A stretch of DNA of 64,000 nucleotides from Macrostomum hystrix (Eukaryota; Animalia; Platyhelminthes). Shown here piece by piece: positions 45,301 through 57,302 of the stretch. The stretch is from positions 24,676,001 through 24,740,000 of the forward strand of contig CATNEN010000038.1 in the NCBI GenBank assembly GCA_950097015.1, in the 5' to 3' direction. The notes below the pieces were generated by a model that saw nothing but the letters and a program-made list of their open reading frames with translations, did not search any database and was not told the DNA's origin. Made by a program: the position numbers and the translations under genes. Each line of letters starts with the position of its first letter. Positions within the stretch are counted from its first letter, which is position 1.

Positions 45301-46965
45301 TCCTCAGTGTCTACCTGTCTCTACTAATCCTCAGTGTCTACCTGTCTCTACTAACCCTCAGTGTCTACCTGTATCTACTAATCCTCAGTGTCTGCCTGTC
45401 TATGGCTATCTGTATGTATGGCTTATGGGCTTCCAAGCCAAAGAATGCCATAAAAATGTACAGCTGCCACTTTATATACAGGACGGAGGTGCCCTCTAGC
45501 TAGCATTTTTTGTTTAAACCGTTTGGTCAGCTAATGTCGCTGGTGTCTCCCAGGTTTCCACTCCATTCGATCAAGCTTTGCCTGGTCGTATCGTACCCAG
45601 GCCAAGTTGTCTTTGCAATATTGCTACTGCCAGTTGAAAGATGTACTGGTTTGGCTATTCGGTGCGACCATGTGACGGATCCTCTCTGTCTGCCCCATTG
45701 CAGTGTGTCAGTTTGATGTTTGGAGTGCCTGCTCTTTTTGGATTCCTTATCTAATGCCATCCGGTATGTGGCTGCCTATTGCTACAGGATCAGCTTTTAT
45801 CTCGAAAATGCTGACTATTTTGGTGCCACTGCACAATAATTCGCACAGACATGTACGCAACACGAAGAGATTAACAACCATATATTTTCAGGTCATAATT
45901 TTCAGGGAAATTTTGAAAAAAAAACTAAAAGTGGTCCACTTGTTTTTGCAATAATGTCAGGCATTATGCTTTTATCCTCTGGACTGTTAAACTCTAGCAA
46001 CAAGAGTGCATTTGGAAATAAGATGTACTTTAACAGAGTACCCAAATGTTTAAAAATCTGAAGGTGAGTACCCCAAAATCTACCAACCCACAGGTGAGTA
46101 CCCAATGTCTATCGTTTTGCAATATCGGCTCACCCAAAGAAGCCGGTTCAGAAGTGTCTCGCTTCAAACCTGACACGGTGGTGGTAGCAGTGCTTGGAAA
46201 TCGTGGACAAACATTGAGCTCCTAGGAAAAAACATTCAAAAGCATAACTAACAGGTGGATTGGAGAAATATAACAAGAAAAAGCACAGTTTCAACTCACG
46301 TCCACCTGTCCCGTGAGTTTCTGAATCCAATTTTTCACCTGAGCTTTCGGCATGCTGGCTAACTAAATCGCTACCTAACAGAAATATTCTCTTCTTTTTA
46401 AATCCAATTTAGTCATACGAATTTATACCCAAACGAGACAAATAATTCTATATTTTCCTGTAGCTATAGTAGATCCCATAATCCCTGTTTTGCTGTAACT
46501 ACGCATTTTTTGTCGCAAGCAAAGTTTTGTCTGCAAATTCTGCGTAGTTCTTTAAATTGGCATAGAAATATTCCTCAAAGGGTTTTATTGACCATGCAAT
46601 AAAATTCGGTGTTGCAAGCACTTGTGCGCAGTGAATGCGTTGCGAAATAATCCCAACATTTTCTAGGATGCGATCAATCTGTGTTTGTGTCAGTCAGTCA
46701 GTCAGTCAGTCTGTTGCCTCACCCAGACATCTGCAGTATCGACGGGTGACTCCGTAGTAGCAGCACCGCAGGATTTGTCATTAGGCGCCATAGTCTGAGC
46801 GAGTATTTGAGCAGGCTGGCCTGTAGATCTGATGCTAACGCTGCTTGAAGTCTTGAGTCTTTCAAAACTTGCTGATTCACAAATGCCCGACGATATTGTT
46901 CGCGATCTGACCAAAGTCGAAGCTAGCGCTTTCATGCTTTTCTTAAGTCCACTATTTTGATGGCC
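39351..46965 (-). CDS. AIP3-domain coiled-coil protein, SRCIN1/p140Cap-KIAA1217-like (5' end not resolved)
   Basis: Phase-consistent GT-AG exons (minus): 46965-46723, 45775-45597, 45131-44805, 44706-44565, 43436-43298, 42435-42303, 41101-40953, 40862-40606, 40517-40426, 40130-40053, 39894-39768, 39680-39351. Spliced LNLICETESRQIRV...LFLEAFP...LFVLDIQRNVYREIYDAADVPQNSVLQL resembles the KIAA1217/SRCIN1 conserved block as I recall it; a downstream coiled coil LRRVRQQAAQLKCEFQCLRQ; polyQ tracts. Confidence 0.68.
41200..42225. repeat. Minisatellite changing from a 20-bp unit (TTACCTGAGTTCTAGTACAG) to a 23-bp unit (CTACCTGAGTACTAATAGTGCAG)
   Basis: Direct tandem repetition with unit switch near 41480. 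Confidence 0.95.
42765..43292. repeat. 23-bp minisatellite (TACCTAGAGTGTCTGTCTGTGTC)
   Basis: Direct tandem repetition. Confidence 0.93.
43750..44490. repeat. 21-bp minisatellite (CTACCGTACCAATTCAGTATT)
   Basis: Direct tandem repetition; source of the spurious 293-aa ORF. Confidence 0.95.
45140..45400. repeat. 27-bp minisatellite (CAGTGTCTACCTGTCTCTACTAACCCT)
   Basis: Direct tandem repetition. Confidence 0.92.
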
Positions 46966-47117
46966 CTGGAGATGTCAAAGTTCAAATCGGCATAGGATCA
47001 GAGTGACAGCAACCAAGGTCTGAGGGTCAAACCAAGGTCGACAGTTCGTATCAAAGTCATTGTAACGGAACCAATAATAAGTACCATAATAATAAAATTA
47101 TAAATACAGTTGGGCCC

Positions 47118-47400
47118 CTGGGCAATGGCACATAATTTGCTGACACTAGACCCGCAGCCAGCGAGGAGGCAATTCTGCCCATTTCGCTGACTCCTGAGCA
47201 CACACGCACACAGATACTGTACGCAGGCACACGCTCTCACAGGCGTGTATATCGACTCTGACTTTCTCATCGTCAGTCAGTGCAAACTCTCACTTTAACT
47301 TGGAGGTTGGCCCTCAAGGGCGTCAATTGCACGACAAGCGCCCAAGCTCTCTCTCTCCGCGGCTGCGCCACAAATGAATGTGGCCTCGCCGCGGAATCGC
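47118..47400 (-). mobile_element. SINE family A copy
   Basis: Reverse complement of the family body. Confidence 0.8.
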
Positions 47401-49059
47401 TCCACCACTGGCCCCCAATAATTTACATAAATTAACAGATAATCGACTTTTTGCAGCATATTACTGATAGTAGTAAGAAAAGCAATTTTCGAGACAATTT
47501 TGCAACAGGGCAGATTTAAAGCAAAGAAATAAAAATCCTTGTTCTATGAAAACATTCTCGAGACTACTTGTGCACTTTTAATGATTTATTTTCTATTGGG
47601 ACACAGGTCAAGCATTCACGAATTTACTATACAATTATGCATGCAAGCATTGTGACTATAGCAGTGTGTTTGTGTATATGTAGAGTTGATCGACTATTAC
47701 TGTCAGACAAGATTGCACAGCGGCGGTGGTACAAGCAAGCTGTCTTGAATGATTGATTGATGGCTGCTGAGTCAGGTTCTACAGGGCTAGCACGATGTGA
47801 AACTTTTTTGCGAAATCTGCATGGGCGCTATACGGAAGCCACGAGAGACCGGTGACTGTGTTTGACAAGCGAAATCGGGTAAAAATTCGTTTTACTGCCT
47901 CACTCATGTGTGTACTCAAGGCTGTTATAGGCCTGAGTATGTCTTCACTTTAAGATTCAACACACACACTGCTCAAAGCCGCACCCATGAGTACTTATAA
48001 GTCTGCTAGCGGCAGAGCTATATGATTGGCACGATGTGGAGCAGAGGAGACGATAAATGTTAGTTCATAATTCTGATAGATCGATTTTCAGTTTTTAATG
48101 ACTTTCTCCATGAATTTTCTGTACCCCAAATATATTATTCAACCAAAGTTTTCCGGTCTATCCGATAAAACAACTTCCAGAAGCACAAAACATCGGCATC
48201 TTTTAAATATTCGACGATTTCCGTCGTCAAGAGGCGGAAAATGTTGATCCACACGGTGGACTTTTACGAAAATCGGTCATTCAGTTCGTAAGCTAGTAGG
48301 CAGTGGGTATTTGAAATGGCCCCAAATGTAGCGTTATCTTTCTACTGTTGAGGCCACTATGTGAATACTAGGATGAATAGAGTAAAACATGAGTATAAAA
48401 ATACTGAATGTAATTAGGCAACACGTTAATACATAATAGGTTATGCAACAATGGGATATTTGCGATTAAACTTTCGTCGAAACGTTTTTATTTTTCTCAA
48501 AACTTTAACGTGGGATCCTGTAAGCGTCGTCCTTGATTAAAGTGTTTCATAGAAAATTGTTTTCAAAAAGTAAGCCTCTGGGTTATACCTTACCCTTCTG
48601 ATGCGTGCAGACTGTTGCTCCTCTTTGGATATTAAACTGTCAGTTTAAGATCCGCTCGTATATTACACTCGTACAATAGAAAGAGAACTCTTTTGAGATC
48701 AAGTTCCGGTGTTCTCATGATCCATCGTTGCTGTCTGGTTGCAGTGTACAGTATAGCCATTAGTATAGGCTCACAGACCAATCGGATACCAATGAGACCA
48801 AAACTAACCAATGGCCTATGGAAGTTATCCGAGCCGTGTTGAGGAACAGACCGCCGCATATAGCGAGTAAATTATGTACTTTTAGTCAAAAATAGTTTTA
48901 ACAAATTGTCGATTAATTGCCGTTATTCGTTACTTTTACAGTGAGAAAAAGTTACCACTCAAAGCTAGTCTATATTCGAAGCAAATGCTTTAGTTCTTTA
49001 GCTTCTTAGCTTTAGTATTCTTGTGATGACTAAAGAACAGGCAATGTCGTTCGTTTTAC

Positions 49060-50190
49060 ATCGGACTTCTAATGGATCAGTCCAAGTGTAGTGATGGACT
49101 TCTAATGGATCAGTCCTAGTGTAGTGATAGACTTCTAATGGATTAGTCCTAGTGTAGTGATAGACTTCTAATGGATTATTCCTAGTGTAGTGATAGACTT
49201 CTAATGGATTAGTCCTAGTGTAGAGATAGACTTCTAATGGATTAGTCCTAGTGTAGTGATGGACTTCTAATGGATCAGTCCTAGTGTAGTGATGGACTTC
49301 TAATGGATCAGTCCTAGTGTAGTGATAGACTTCTAATGGATTAGTCCTAGTGTAGTGATGGACTTCTAATGGATCAGTCCTAGTGTAGAGATAGACTTCT
49401 AATGGGTCAGTCCTAGTGTAGTGATAGACTTCTAATGGATCAGTCCTATTGTAGTGATGGATTTCTAATGGATCAGTCCTAGTGTAGTGATGGACTTCTA
49501 ATGGATCAGTCCTAGTGGAATGATGGACTTCTAATGGATCAGTCCTAGTTTAGTGATGAATTTCTAATGGATCAGTCCTAGTTTAGTGATGAATTTCTAA
49601 TGGATCAGTCCAAGTGGAATGATGGACTTCTAATGGATCAGTCCTAGTGGAATGATGGACTTCTAATGGATCAGTCCAAGTGGAATGATGGACTTCTAAT
49701 GGATCAGTCCTAGTGGAATGATGGACTTCTAATGGATCAGTCCTAGTTTAGTGATGGACTTCTAATGGATCAGTCCTAGTGTAGTGATGAATTTCTAATG
49801 GATCAGTCCTAGTGGAATGATGGACTTCTAATGGATCAGTCCTAGTGGAATGAAGGACTTCTGATGGATCAGTCCTAGTGTAGTGATGGATTTCTAATGG
49901 ATCAGTCCTATTGTAGTGATGGATTTCTAATGGATCAGTCCTAGTGTAGTGATGAATTTCTAATGGATCAGTCCAAGTGGAATGATGGACTTCTAATGGA
50001 TCAGTCCTAGTGGAATGATGGACTTCTGATGGATCAGTCCTAGTGTAGTGATGGATTTCTAATGGATCAGTCCTATTGTAGTGATGGATTTCGAATGGAT
50101 CAGTCCTAGTGGAATGATGGACTTCTAATGGATCAGTCCTAGTATAGTGATGGATTTCTAATGCATCAGTCCTAATGGGATTCTTCTGTC
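49060..50190. repeat. 33-bp minisatellite (GATGGACTTCTAATGGATCAGTCCTAGTGTAGT), about 34 copies
   Basis: Direct tandem repetition. Confidence 0.95.
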
Positions 50191-50414
50191 CTAGTGGAGT
50201 TTCTTTGGGAATAATGGGTCGATAAATAAATTACTAGTCCAATAAAACTTGCTCGATACAACAGAAATTACAATCTTAAGCGTTTTTTTCTGTAGCAGAT
50301 ACAACCAGCAGGTTTCAGAGGCCGATTGTTTGCTGCAGGAAGTGCAACCGACCTAAAGTTTGCTCAAGGAAGTGCACCAACACGTCAATGAGAGACTTTG
50401 TCGTTAGGGGTGTC

Positions 50415-50420
50415 TATAAA
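50415..50420 (+). promoter_or_regulatory. Possible TATA box for the PAN-LamG gene
   Basis: TATAAA about 100 nt upstream of the ATG, preceded by two GGAAGTGCA motifs. Confidence 0.3.
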
Positions 50421-50520
50421 GACGTTGGATTTCAGAGCTTGTCCTCAGTAAGGAAGGAGTTTATTAGAAAATGCTAGGCTTCGGCCTTTCAGTGTCAGCA
50501 ACGAAATTCACAAAATAATC

Positions 50521-51498
50521 ATGACATTGTTAACTATTGGCACCTTTCTTATTCTGTTGTTTGTCGACTCCTGCAGCAGTCAAAGTGCCAAATATCGTTT
50601 CGATTCGGCGGACTTCTGTCCCAATCTGACGCAGCTAGCTAGTCTTCCTAGGAGGGTTGGCGGCGTCTTATCCAGCTCGACCTGTGCTGTGGAGTGCGCA
50701 TCGATGGCCAACTGCTCCGCGCTGCACCGGCTGGGAACAGTTTGCTACCTAGCTGAGCTGTCCGACTGGGCAGACACGTGGGCTGTCTCTCCAGATTGTC
50801 ACAAAAATGGAGCCGTCACTCTGATTCGGTTGCCAACGGCTCCAGCCGCACTGAGCGATCGCATGGTCATCTGGCTGAACCTCCGGGCGACCCTGAACAA
50901 CCTGGTGAACACCAGCGAGCAGCCGGCCCTGCTTGTCGGAGCGGCTGCGCTGCGCAATGCCAGCGGTGTTGTGCTGCCGTCTGGCATCGGCGACTCCTAC
51001 CTTCAGGTGCCGCCGCCAGACTCCAAAGGTCTCGAAGCCCGTCGCGGTCCATTAGACCAGTTTGGTCTGTTTATCAAGGCTGAGTGGCAGCCCAAAGTGG
51101 GCTCCAATGCGACCATGCTGTACAGGTCCGCACCACATAACTCGACCACTTATGTTGCCTGGGTTTACGAAGAATCTGGACGCATCAAATTTGGAAATCG
51201 CAAAGTTTCAACCTCAAACTTTGTCACGGACAAAGTGCTCCCTGTCACAAAGACCATGAATTCATTTGGCATATCTTTCAACGGAAGCTGCTACAGTGCC
51301 TATCTAAATGGAGTGTCCGTTCCGATTAAGGAGTACTCTACGTTGGCAGCCACAGGAAAAATCGGCAGCATGATTCTTCTTGGAGCGAAGCACAACGAGT
51401 TGGTGGATGGCGCAATGAAAGGGCGGCTAATCTGCTTCTCCTACTGGTCGAGGGAGCTCTCAATATATGAGTTTGCTGAGTTAGATGCACTATGCTGA
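50521..51498 (+). CDS. Secreted protein: signal peptide + PAN/Apple-like domain + concanavalin A/LamG-like domain, single exon
   Basis: 325-aa ORF; hydrophobic N-terminus; CxxxC...C...C pattern (CAVECASMANC...CYL); C-terminal YLNGV...G...GRLICFSYWSRELS jelly-roll signature. Confidence 0.75.
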   Translation: MTLLTIGTFLILLFVDSCSSQSAKYRFDSADFCPNLTQLASLPRRVGGVLSSSTCAVECASMANCSALHRLGTVCYLAELSDWADTWAVSPDCHKNGAVTLIRLPTAPAALSDRMVIWLNLRATLNNLVNTSEQPALLVGAAALRNASGVVLPSGIGDSYLQVPPPDSKGLEARRGPLDQFGLFIKAEWQPKVGSNATMLYRSAPHNSTTYVAWVYEESGRIKFGNRKVSTSNFVTDKVLPVTKTMNSFGISFNGSCYSAYLNGVSVPIKEYSTLAATGKIGSMILLGAKHNELVDGAMKGRLICFSYWSRELSIYEFAELDALC

Positions 51499-54400
51499 TT
51501 TACGAGGTCTTCTGGGGACTTCAATTCCGCTGACCTCCGCTGGTGGGTCAGTTTCTGCAGACTGAACTGTTTTGGAAGCCGGACTTTTTTGTGACGCGAT
51601 GGCCCTTGCGGCAATACTTTGTGATAATTTTTTTTACTAACTCCAAAAAGTCACACAAATATAGCGTAAAGCTGGATAGAAAAGCATAAATAATAAGAGG
51701 GCCCGCTGCATGGCAGCTTTTAGATTAAGCAACAGCAAAACTGGCATGCAAAACGATGCGGAAATTCATTGGTGGCATGCGAAAACTTCTCATAAAAATG
51801 AATTTATATGACCGCGAAATCTCTACAGGGGAGAACGATCGAGAGCCATTCTCATTTTTAAGGTGTCGATGGAACTTAATATACAATTAAAAAGTATTGC
51901 AAAAACTCCCAGAATGCAATTCCGAATACAGGCTCTAAAAGACTTTCAAACTTAGTTTGTCTGATTGCCGAGGAAAGTAATTTTTGTTGTTACATTGTAA
52001 TTTATCGAGATAATGGAAAATCCGAGGACAACTATTATACGTGATGCTAAAATTGTATGTAAAACTGTGCACTGAAAGTGTAATATCATTGTTTTGTTAA
52101 CCCTACTTACTTATGACGATGTCTTTATCTATTTGCTGTTATAGTATCACTAATATGTTCGTCCCAGCTGGGTCAGAATAAAAAACTGCACTTCATGCAA
52201 CGACTGTTCAGAACCTTTTTAGAAAATTTTCAGCTTGCGTTTTCGACCATCGCTCGAATAAGTCGCTTATCCTAAAGCCCAATTTGTAGATTTTTTTGTT
52301 TACTTAATTTTGTTGTTATTTTGATAATTGTGATTGATGGATTGCAGAAGCATACATGATACATGAAGGCATAATAGTCGGAAAACGTCAGTAGCTTGTG
52401 GCAAGAATGGCAAGTTACAATGCGAATGCAAACTTATTAACAATTACTATTGCAGTTTGAGTTGAATAATGCAGTTTTTGTAAATAATTTGTCGCTTTTT
52501 TATTTTAAGATTTAGTTTTATCCAGAAATTTTAATCGGAAGGAATGAGGCGCAAATTCAAAACAAACACGTCAAGCTAAATTTTGTGACTTTTGTAAGCA
52601 TCTCATATGTATTGACACGACCGCCTGCCTGCCTACCTGCCAGTCCGTCTGGCTATTTACTTGTTTAGCGAATTATATAATTGTGCCTGTTTCTATCGAG
52701 TATTTGATGAAGTTTTAAAGAAGTTCTAAATTTAAATAGTTCATTGTGATAAGATGTGAAAAGCATTCAGCATTTTTCTGATACTGTGTAGTAGTGCAGT
52801 AGGCCTTGCCCATTGGAGATAAATTAATTATAATACACTCAGTTCAGTATAATTGTGGCATTTTGTGACATTGTCGAAAACGATTAATTTATTTACCTAT
52901 TTTAATGGCTAGCTACTGGTCTATCTTAATTTGGTGTTAAATTAATTGTTATGACTTATGCCATAAGTTATGGTATTGTACTATATTGATAATATTAATA
53001 TTTAAAACTATGCTAGCTAGCAAGCAGTTTTTTACAGAGCATTTTTGCAATTGATGGGCTATAAAATGATATTAGAAATGTTATTGAAGGCTATTATCTT
53101 AATGTCAAAGGGATCTTTTAATTAAACAAAGAACTCATTCTATTATACTCACTGAATTGACTTTTTGCCTTTATTCTTAGGCTCACTGGCAAGTTGAGTT
53201 TTGTTTTAAAACTAGCTCTCCTTTTATACTGTTGCGGACTTGCATTTGATTTAAAGGAAACATTTTCACAAAATATATCAATGATTTAAAATATACAATA
53301 TACTTTGATCGCATAGGTTTGAGTGCAAACTTGATTTCTTTAGGCTAGGCCTACTAAAATGTTAAGGTATAAAATTGAGCACTAGGCTGCTACAATTAAA
53401 ATTTAACATTATATAGGCCTATAGATTTACAAAATTGTTATACTAAAAATATGTGAGCTGAAATTTGAGATGACTCACATTATCAAGTGTTCAGATTTCA
53501 TTGGTCTATGCTGGCTATTCTTATATCTATCGCATCCCTACTCAACTTATTCAACCCCTACCTAATTGACTGGAATTGGCTAACTGGATGGCTCCTAGGC
53601 AAGGGTATCTGATTGGTTGAAGAACAGGAAGTTTTGGGAAAATTCTAGAAATACACAATAATGGCCTATATAAAGTAACCAAATAAAGTAAATATTCCAC
53701 AATATTTAAAAAAAGAAAATGGCATTCAGGTTTTTAAATTATTTCCGATTGAGTGTCAAGTGAGATACAAAGACTTTCAGCATACAAAAGTGTTACAAAG
53801 ACGGCAAAGAGGTTCAACCAGGCATACCCGGATTAAAGGTCAGTATCCAGCAGTTGCAGCATCTGGCCAGCATGAGGAAGCATTTAGACTTTAGAGAATA
53901 TGACCGACAATGCAAATTAATACTCAATGCCTTCTGGGTGGTAACAGGCAGGTGGTGTCTACCTGGCGTCTACCCACCATGGTAGGTCCTGTGGTGTATC
54001 TGAAACATGCACTACCACTTCCTTCTACTCTATGGCGCGAGCTGTGGCGCCATTAGCAATGGCCAATTGCAGAATTAGACGAGCGACCAGAACCAACGAA
54101 GCCAGAGGAACCAATGGTTCAAGAGTTACAGCAAGACAGCATCCCATGGTGGTTCGGTGGATTCCCATGCGAGCCTGATGAATGCAAGGAATGGGCATCA
54201 AAGCTGCCGCTCGATGGTCTAATGGTCTCAATTGATCGAGAGCCTGTAACCGTGGTACGATTACTGGGAGGCCTGGCAGGCTATGCAAGCAGAGATTCAA
54301 AGGCGTCGGACAAGCGCGGAACAAGAAACTATTCTATGGTGGTATTGGCTGGCCATGTAATTTCACAGCTAGCCAAAGTTTTTTAAATATCCGTCATCCG

Positions 54401-54806
54401 AAATTAACCGACCCGATTTCGGGTTTTTCAAAAGTGAATCCAGATCATCATAGTTACTTGCTAATTCCCGAATCAGCAGCCACATGAAAAAATAACACGA
54501 CTTTACTCATTTCATTGAACAATGAAATAGGAACCAAAGCCTAGCTTGGCAGTAAGTACAAATAAAGACAGATGGACATCTATAAAACACCAAAAAAACT
54601 AAATAAAGTGGCATTTTGTGCTTGTAAACAAATTCGAATCTAATTTGATCAACAAATTTCGACCTAAATTCCTATTTCCTAGTCAGATCTTACATCTCTT
54701 GTTCAATTAATGAAAATTATCAGTTTATTATAGATTAAGCTCGTTGCTATGCAATGCATCAATCGACGGATTGCAGCTCCGCGTTCTCGCCCGGCTAACA
54801 GTCACC

Positions 54807-56473
54807 ATGACAACAAGCGGTACCGATCAGGTTGGCACCAGTTGGACCAAATCTGTCAACGAGCGAGGCGAATATGTGCGCAAAGTGTCGCAATTTCGCA
54901 ATTGGATCAGCGGCGACACATCTAGCGAGTTCCCTCCCGAAATCGGTCGCTACCATCTGTACGTGTCCTACGCCTGCCCGTGGGCGCATCGAACTCTTGT
55001 TGTTCGCGAATTGAAAGGCTTAACAGATGCCATCACTGTCAATGTGGTTGATTGGCACCTGAAGCCGGGCGGTTGGCGGTTCTCGCCAGAGAAAGCCGGC
55101 TGCACGGCGGACGATGTAAATGGATTTGCTACTCTGCGCGAAGTCTACACGTCTGTTGAACCTGAGTACTCTGGGAATATCACTGTGCCAGTGCTGTACG
55201 ATAAAGTCAAGAAAACCATTGTTAGCAATGAGTCAGCCGAGATCATTGTTATGCTCAATTCTGCATTTAACGGCATCTGCGGCGTAAAAGAATTAGATCT
55301 TTATCCTGAGGAATTGCGCTCTGAGATCGATGACGTTAATAGCTACGTCTATAATAGCGTCAATAATGGCGTTTATAGGGCCGGATTCGCCACTGCTCAG
55401 GTATGGCTAACTGCTTGTTCATGTTTATACATCCTGTTTAATTAATGCAACACCAGTTCTTCAGATTCCAAGATACCTATATTATCCTTAGGTATCTTCA
55501 AATGAAATTAAATTATCCCCAAGTTAAAAATAATTAAAAGCTCTCATATTTCGAGTCTTAACTCTCCGAAGAACTTCATATTTAAAATCCTAAGATCGTA
55601 AGAGCCAAGATCATCATATCCCAAATCTCCAACTTTTCCAAATATCCTCATATCCCAAATCTCTAACTTTCCAAGTATCCTCATATTCCAAATCTCTAAC
55701 TTTTCCAAGATCCTTGTATCCCAAATCTCCAAGTTTTCCAAGATCCTCACATCCCGAATCTCCAAGTTTTTCACGATCCTCATATTCCAAATCCTTAACC
55801 TTTCCTAGATCCTGATATTCCTAATCTCCAACTCTCACACGATCATTATATCCCAAATCTTCAACTCTCACAAAATCCTCAAAACCCACAAAATCTCACA
55901 AAAAAAAAAATCCCAAAATCTCCCAAGATCCTTGTTTTCCGAATAAAAAATCTCTCAGTATCCTCAAAGTCTAAATCCTAACTCTCCTACTTAAGATCTT
56001 CAGCATCCGTGTCCAAAATCTACTCATTCTCCATGATTTTCCGAATCCCAGCACTAAAAATTATCCTTCCACCAACCTCCCCTCCCCAGGAGCCGTATGA
56101 CGAGGCGGTAGCGAAACTGTTCGCCGCTCTAGACGACCTCGAAGGCCGGCTGTCTAGCCGTCGCTATCTGGTGGGCTCGCCAAAGTCTCGCCTAACCTTG
56201 GCAGATGTTCGCCTATTCACCACTCTGGTCAGGTTTGATTGGGTCTATCATCAGCACTTCAAGTGCAACTTGCGCCAGCTCACAGACTATCCAAACCTGT
56301 GGGCATTCACCAGGGATATCTACCAGACTGCCGGCGTAGCTGGCACGGTCAATAAGGAGCATATTCGCAAGCACTACATGATGAGTCACACCGGCATTAA
56401 TCCTCATGGCATTGTGCCAATCGGGCCGAAGTTGGACTTTAGCCTGCCGCACGGTCGCGAGGGGCTCAACTGA
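54807..56473 (+). CDS. Glutathionyl-hydroquinone reductase / Xi-class (omega-like) glutathione transferase, YqjG/ECM4 family; exons 54807-55400 and 56090-56473
   Basis: GRYHLYVSYACPWAHRT active site, TVPVLYD, IVSNESAEI, NNGVYRAGFA, LFTTLVRFD..Y..HFKCN, INPHGIVPIGP; GT-AG phase-0 intron. Confidence 0.93.
55590..55930. repeat. About 33-bp degenerate minisatellite (ATCCTCATATCCCAAATCTCCAACTTTTCCAAG) in the GST intron
   Basis: Direct tandem repetition. Confidence 0.8.
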
Positions 56474-56924
56474 CTCCTGAATCTCTGTGACGCGTTTTTT
56501 ACCTAAAACATTTTTCAAAACGACAATTTTCTGATAAATGTATCTTAGATTGGACTGAAGCACAACTGCGCGGAATTTTATGTCCAGATTCTGTAGATTT
56601 TTCCAATAACTAGAACTCGTAATTAGTTTTTTTACAACAGGTATAGTTTTTTACAGTGGAGTGTGAGTTTTCAATTTCATTCGTTTCTTTCTCGTAACAT
56701 CTGAAAGCTATTTTTGGAGGTGTTTGTTTCAATATCCATTATTTGTTTTATGATTTACGTTTTTTTCATTATAAAATAGTTCAATGCTTTCTTTTACTGT
56801 TTTTTAATACTAATTTCAAAATTACGAGAGCAGTTTAAATGGCAGTCAAGTGGTAATGTAGCAACTATTCAAAGGGAATGTAAAACACACGAATATTGTA
56901 AGGCAAGTGTGATTTTCATCACAT

Positions 56925-57192
56925 ATAGGCCAGTGTGATAAGGTTTGTAAGGCCAGTGTGATAAGGTGTGTCAGGCCAGTGTGATGAGGAGTGTGAGGCC
57001 AGTGTGATAAGGAGTGTGGGGCCACTGTGATAAGGTGTGTCAGGCCAGTGTGATAAGGAGTGTGAGGCCAGTGTGATAAGGAGTGTGAGGCCAGTGTGAT
57101 GGAGTGTGAGGCCAGTGTGATAAGGAGTGTGGGGCCAGTGTGATAAGGAGTGTGGGGCCAGTGTGATAGGGAGTGTGAGGCCAGTGTGATAA
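56925..57192. repeat. 23-bp minisatellite (GGCCAGTGTGATAAGGAGTGTGA) between GST and FAM185A
   Basis: Direct tandem repetition. Confidence 0.92.
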
Positions 57193-57302
57193 TGAGTATG
57201 AGGCAATTGGTTTTGTTTGTGCACATAAACGTTCCCCAACATAATTCACAACAACCCCACTTTTCAGAAAGCTAAATCGTTAAGTTTTTTTACTATCTAA
57301 AA

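Noticed and set aside
54057-54386. 90-aa ORF upstream of the GST gene
   Set aside because: No recognisable domain or supported exon structure; cannot be called.
54744-54806. ORF-track TTG start for the GST gene, and other GTG/TTG starts
   Set aside because: Prokaryotic-style start calls; the gene fits ATG 54807 behind a splice acceptor.
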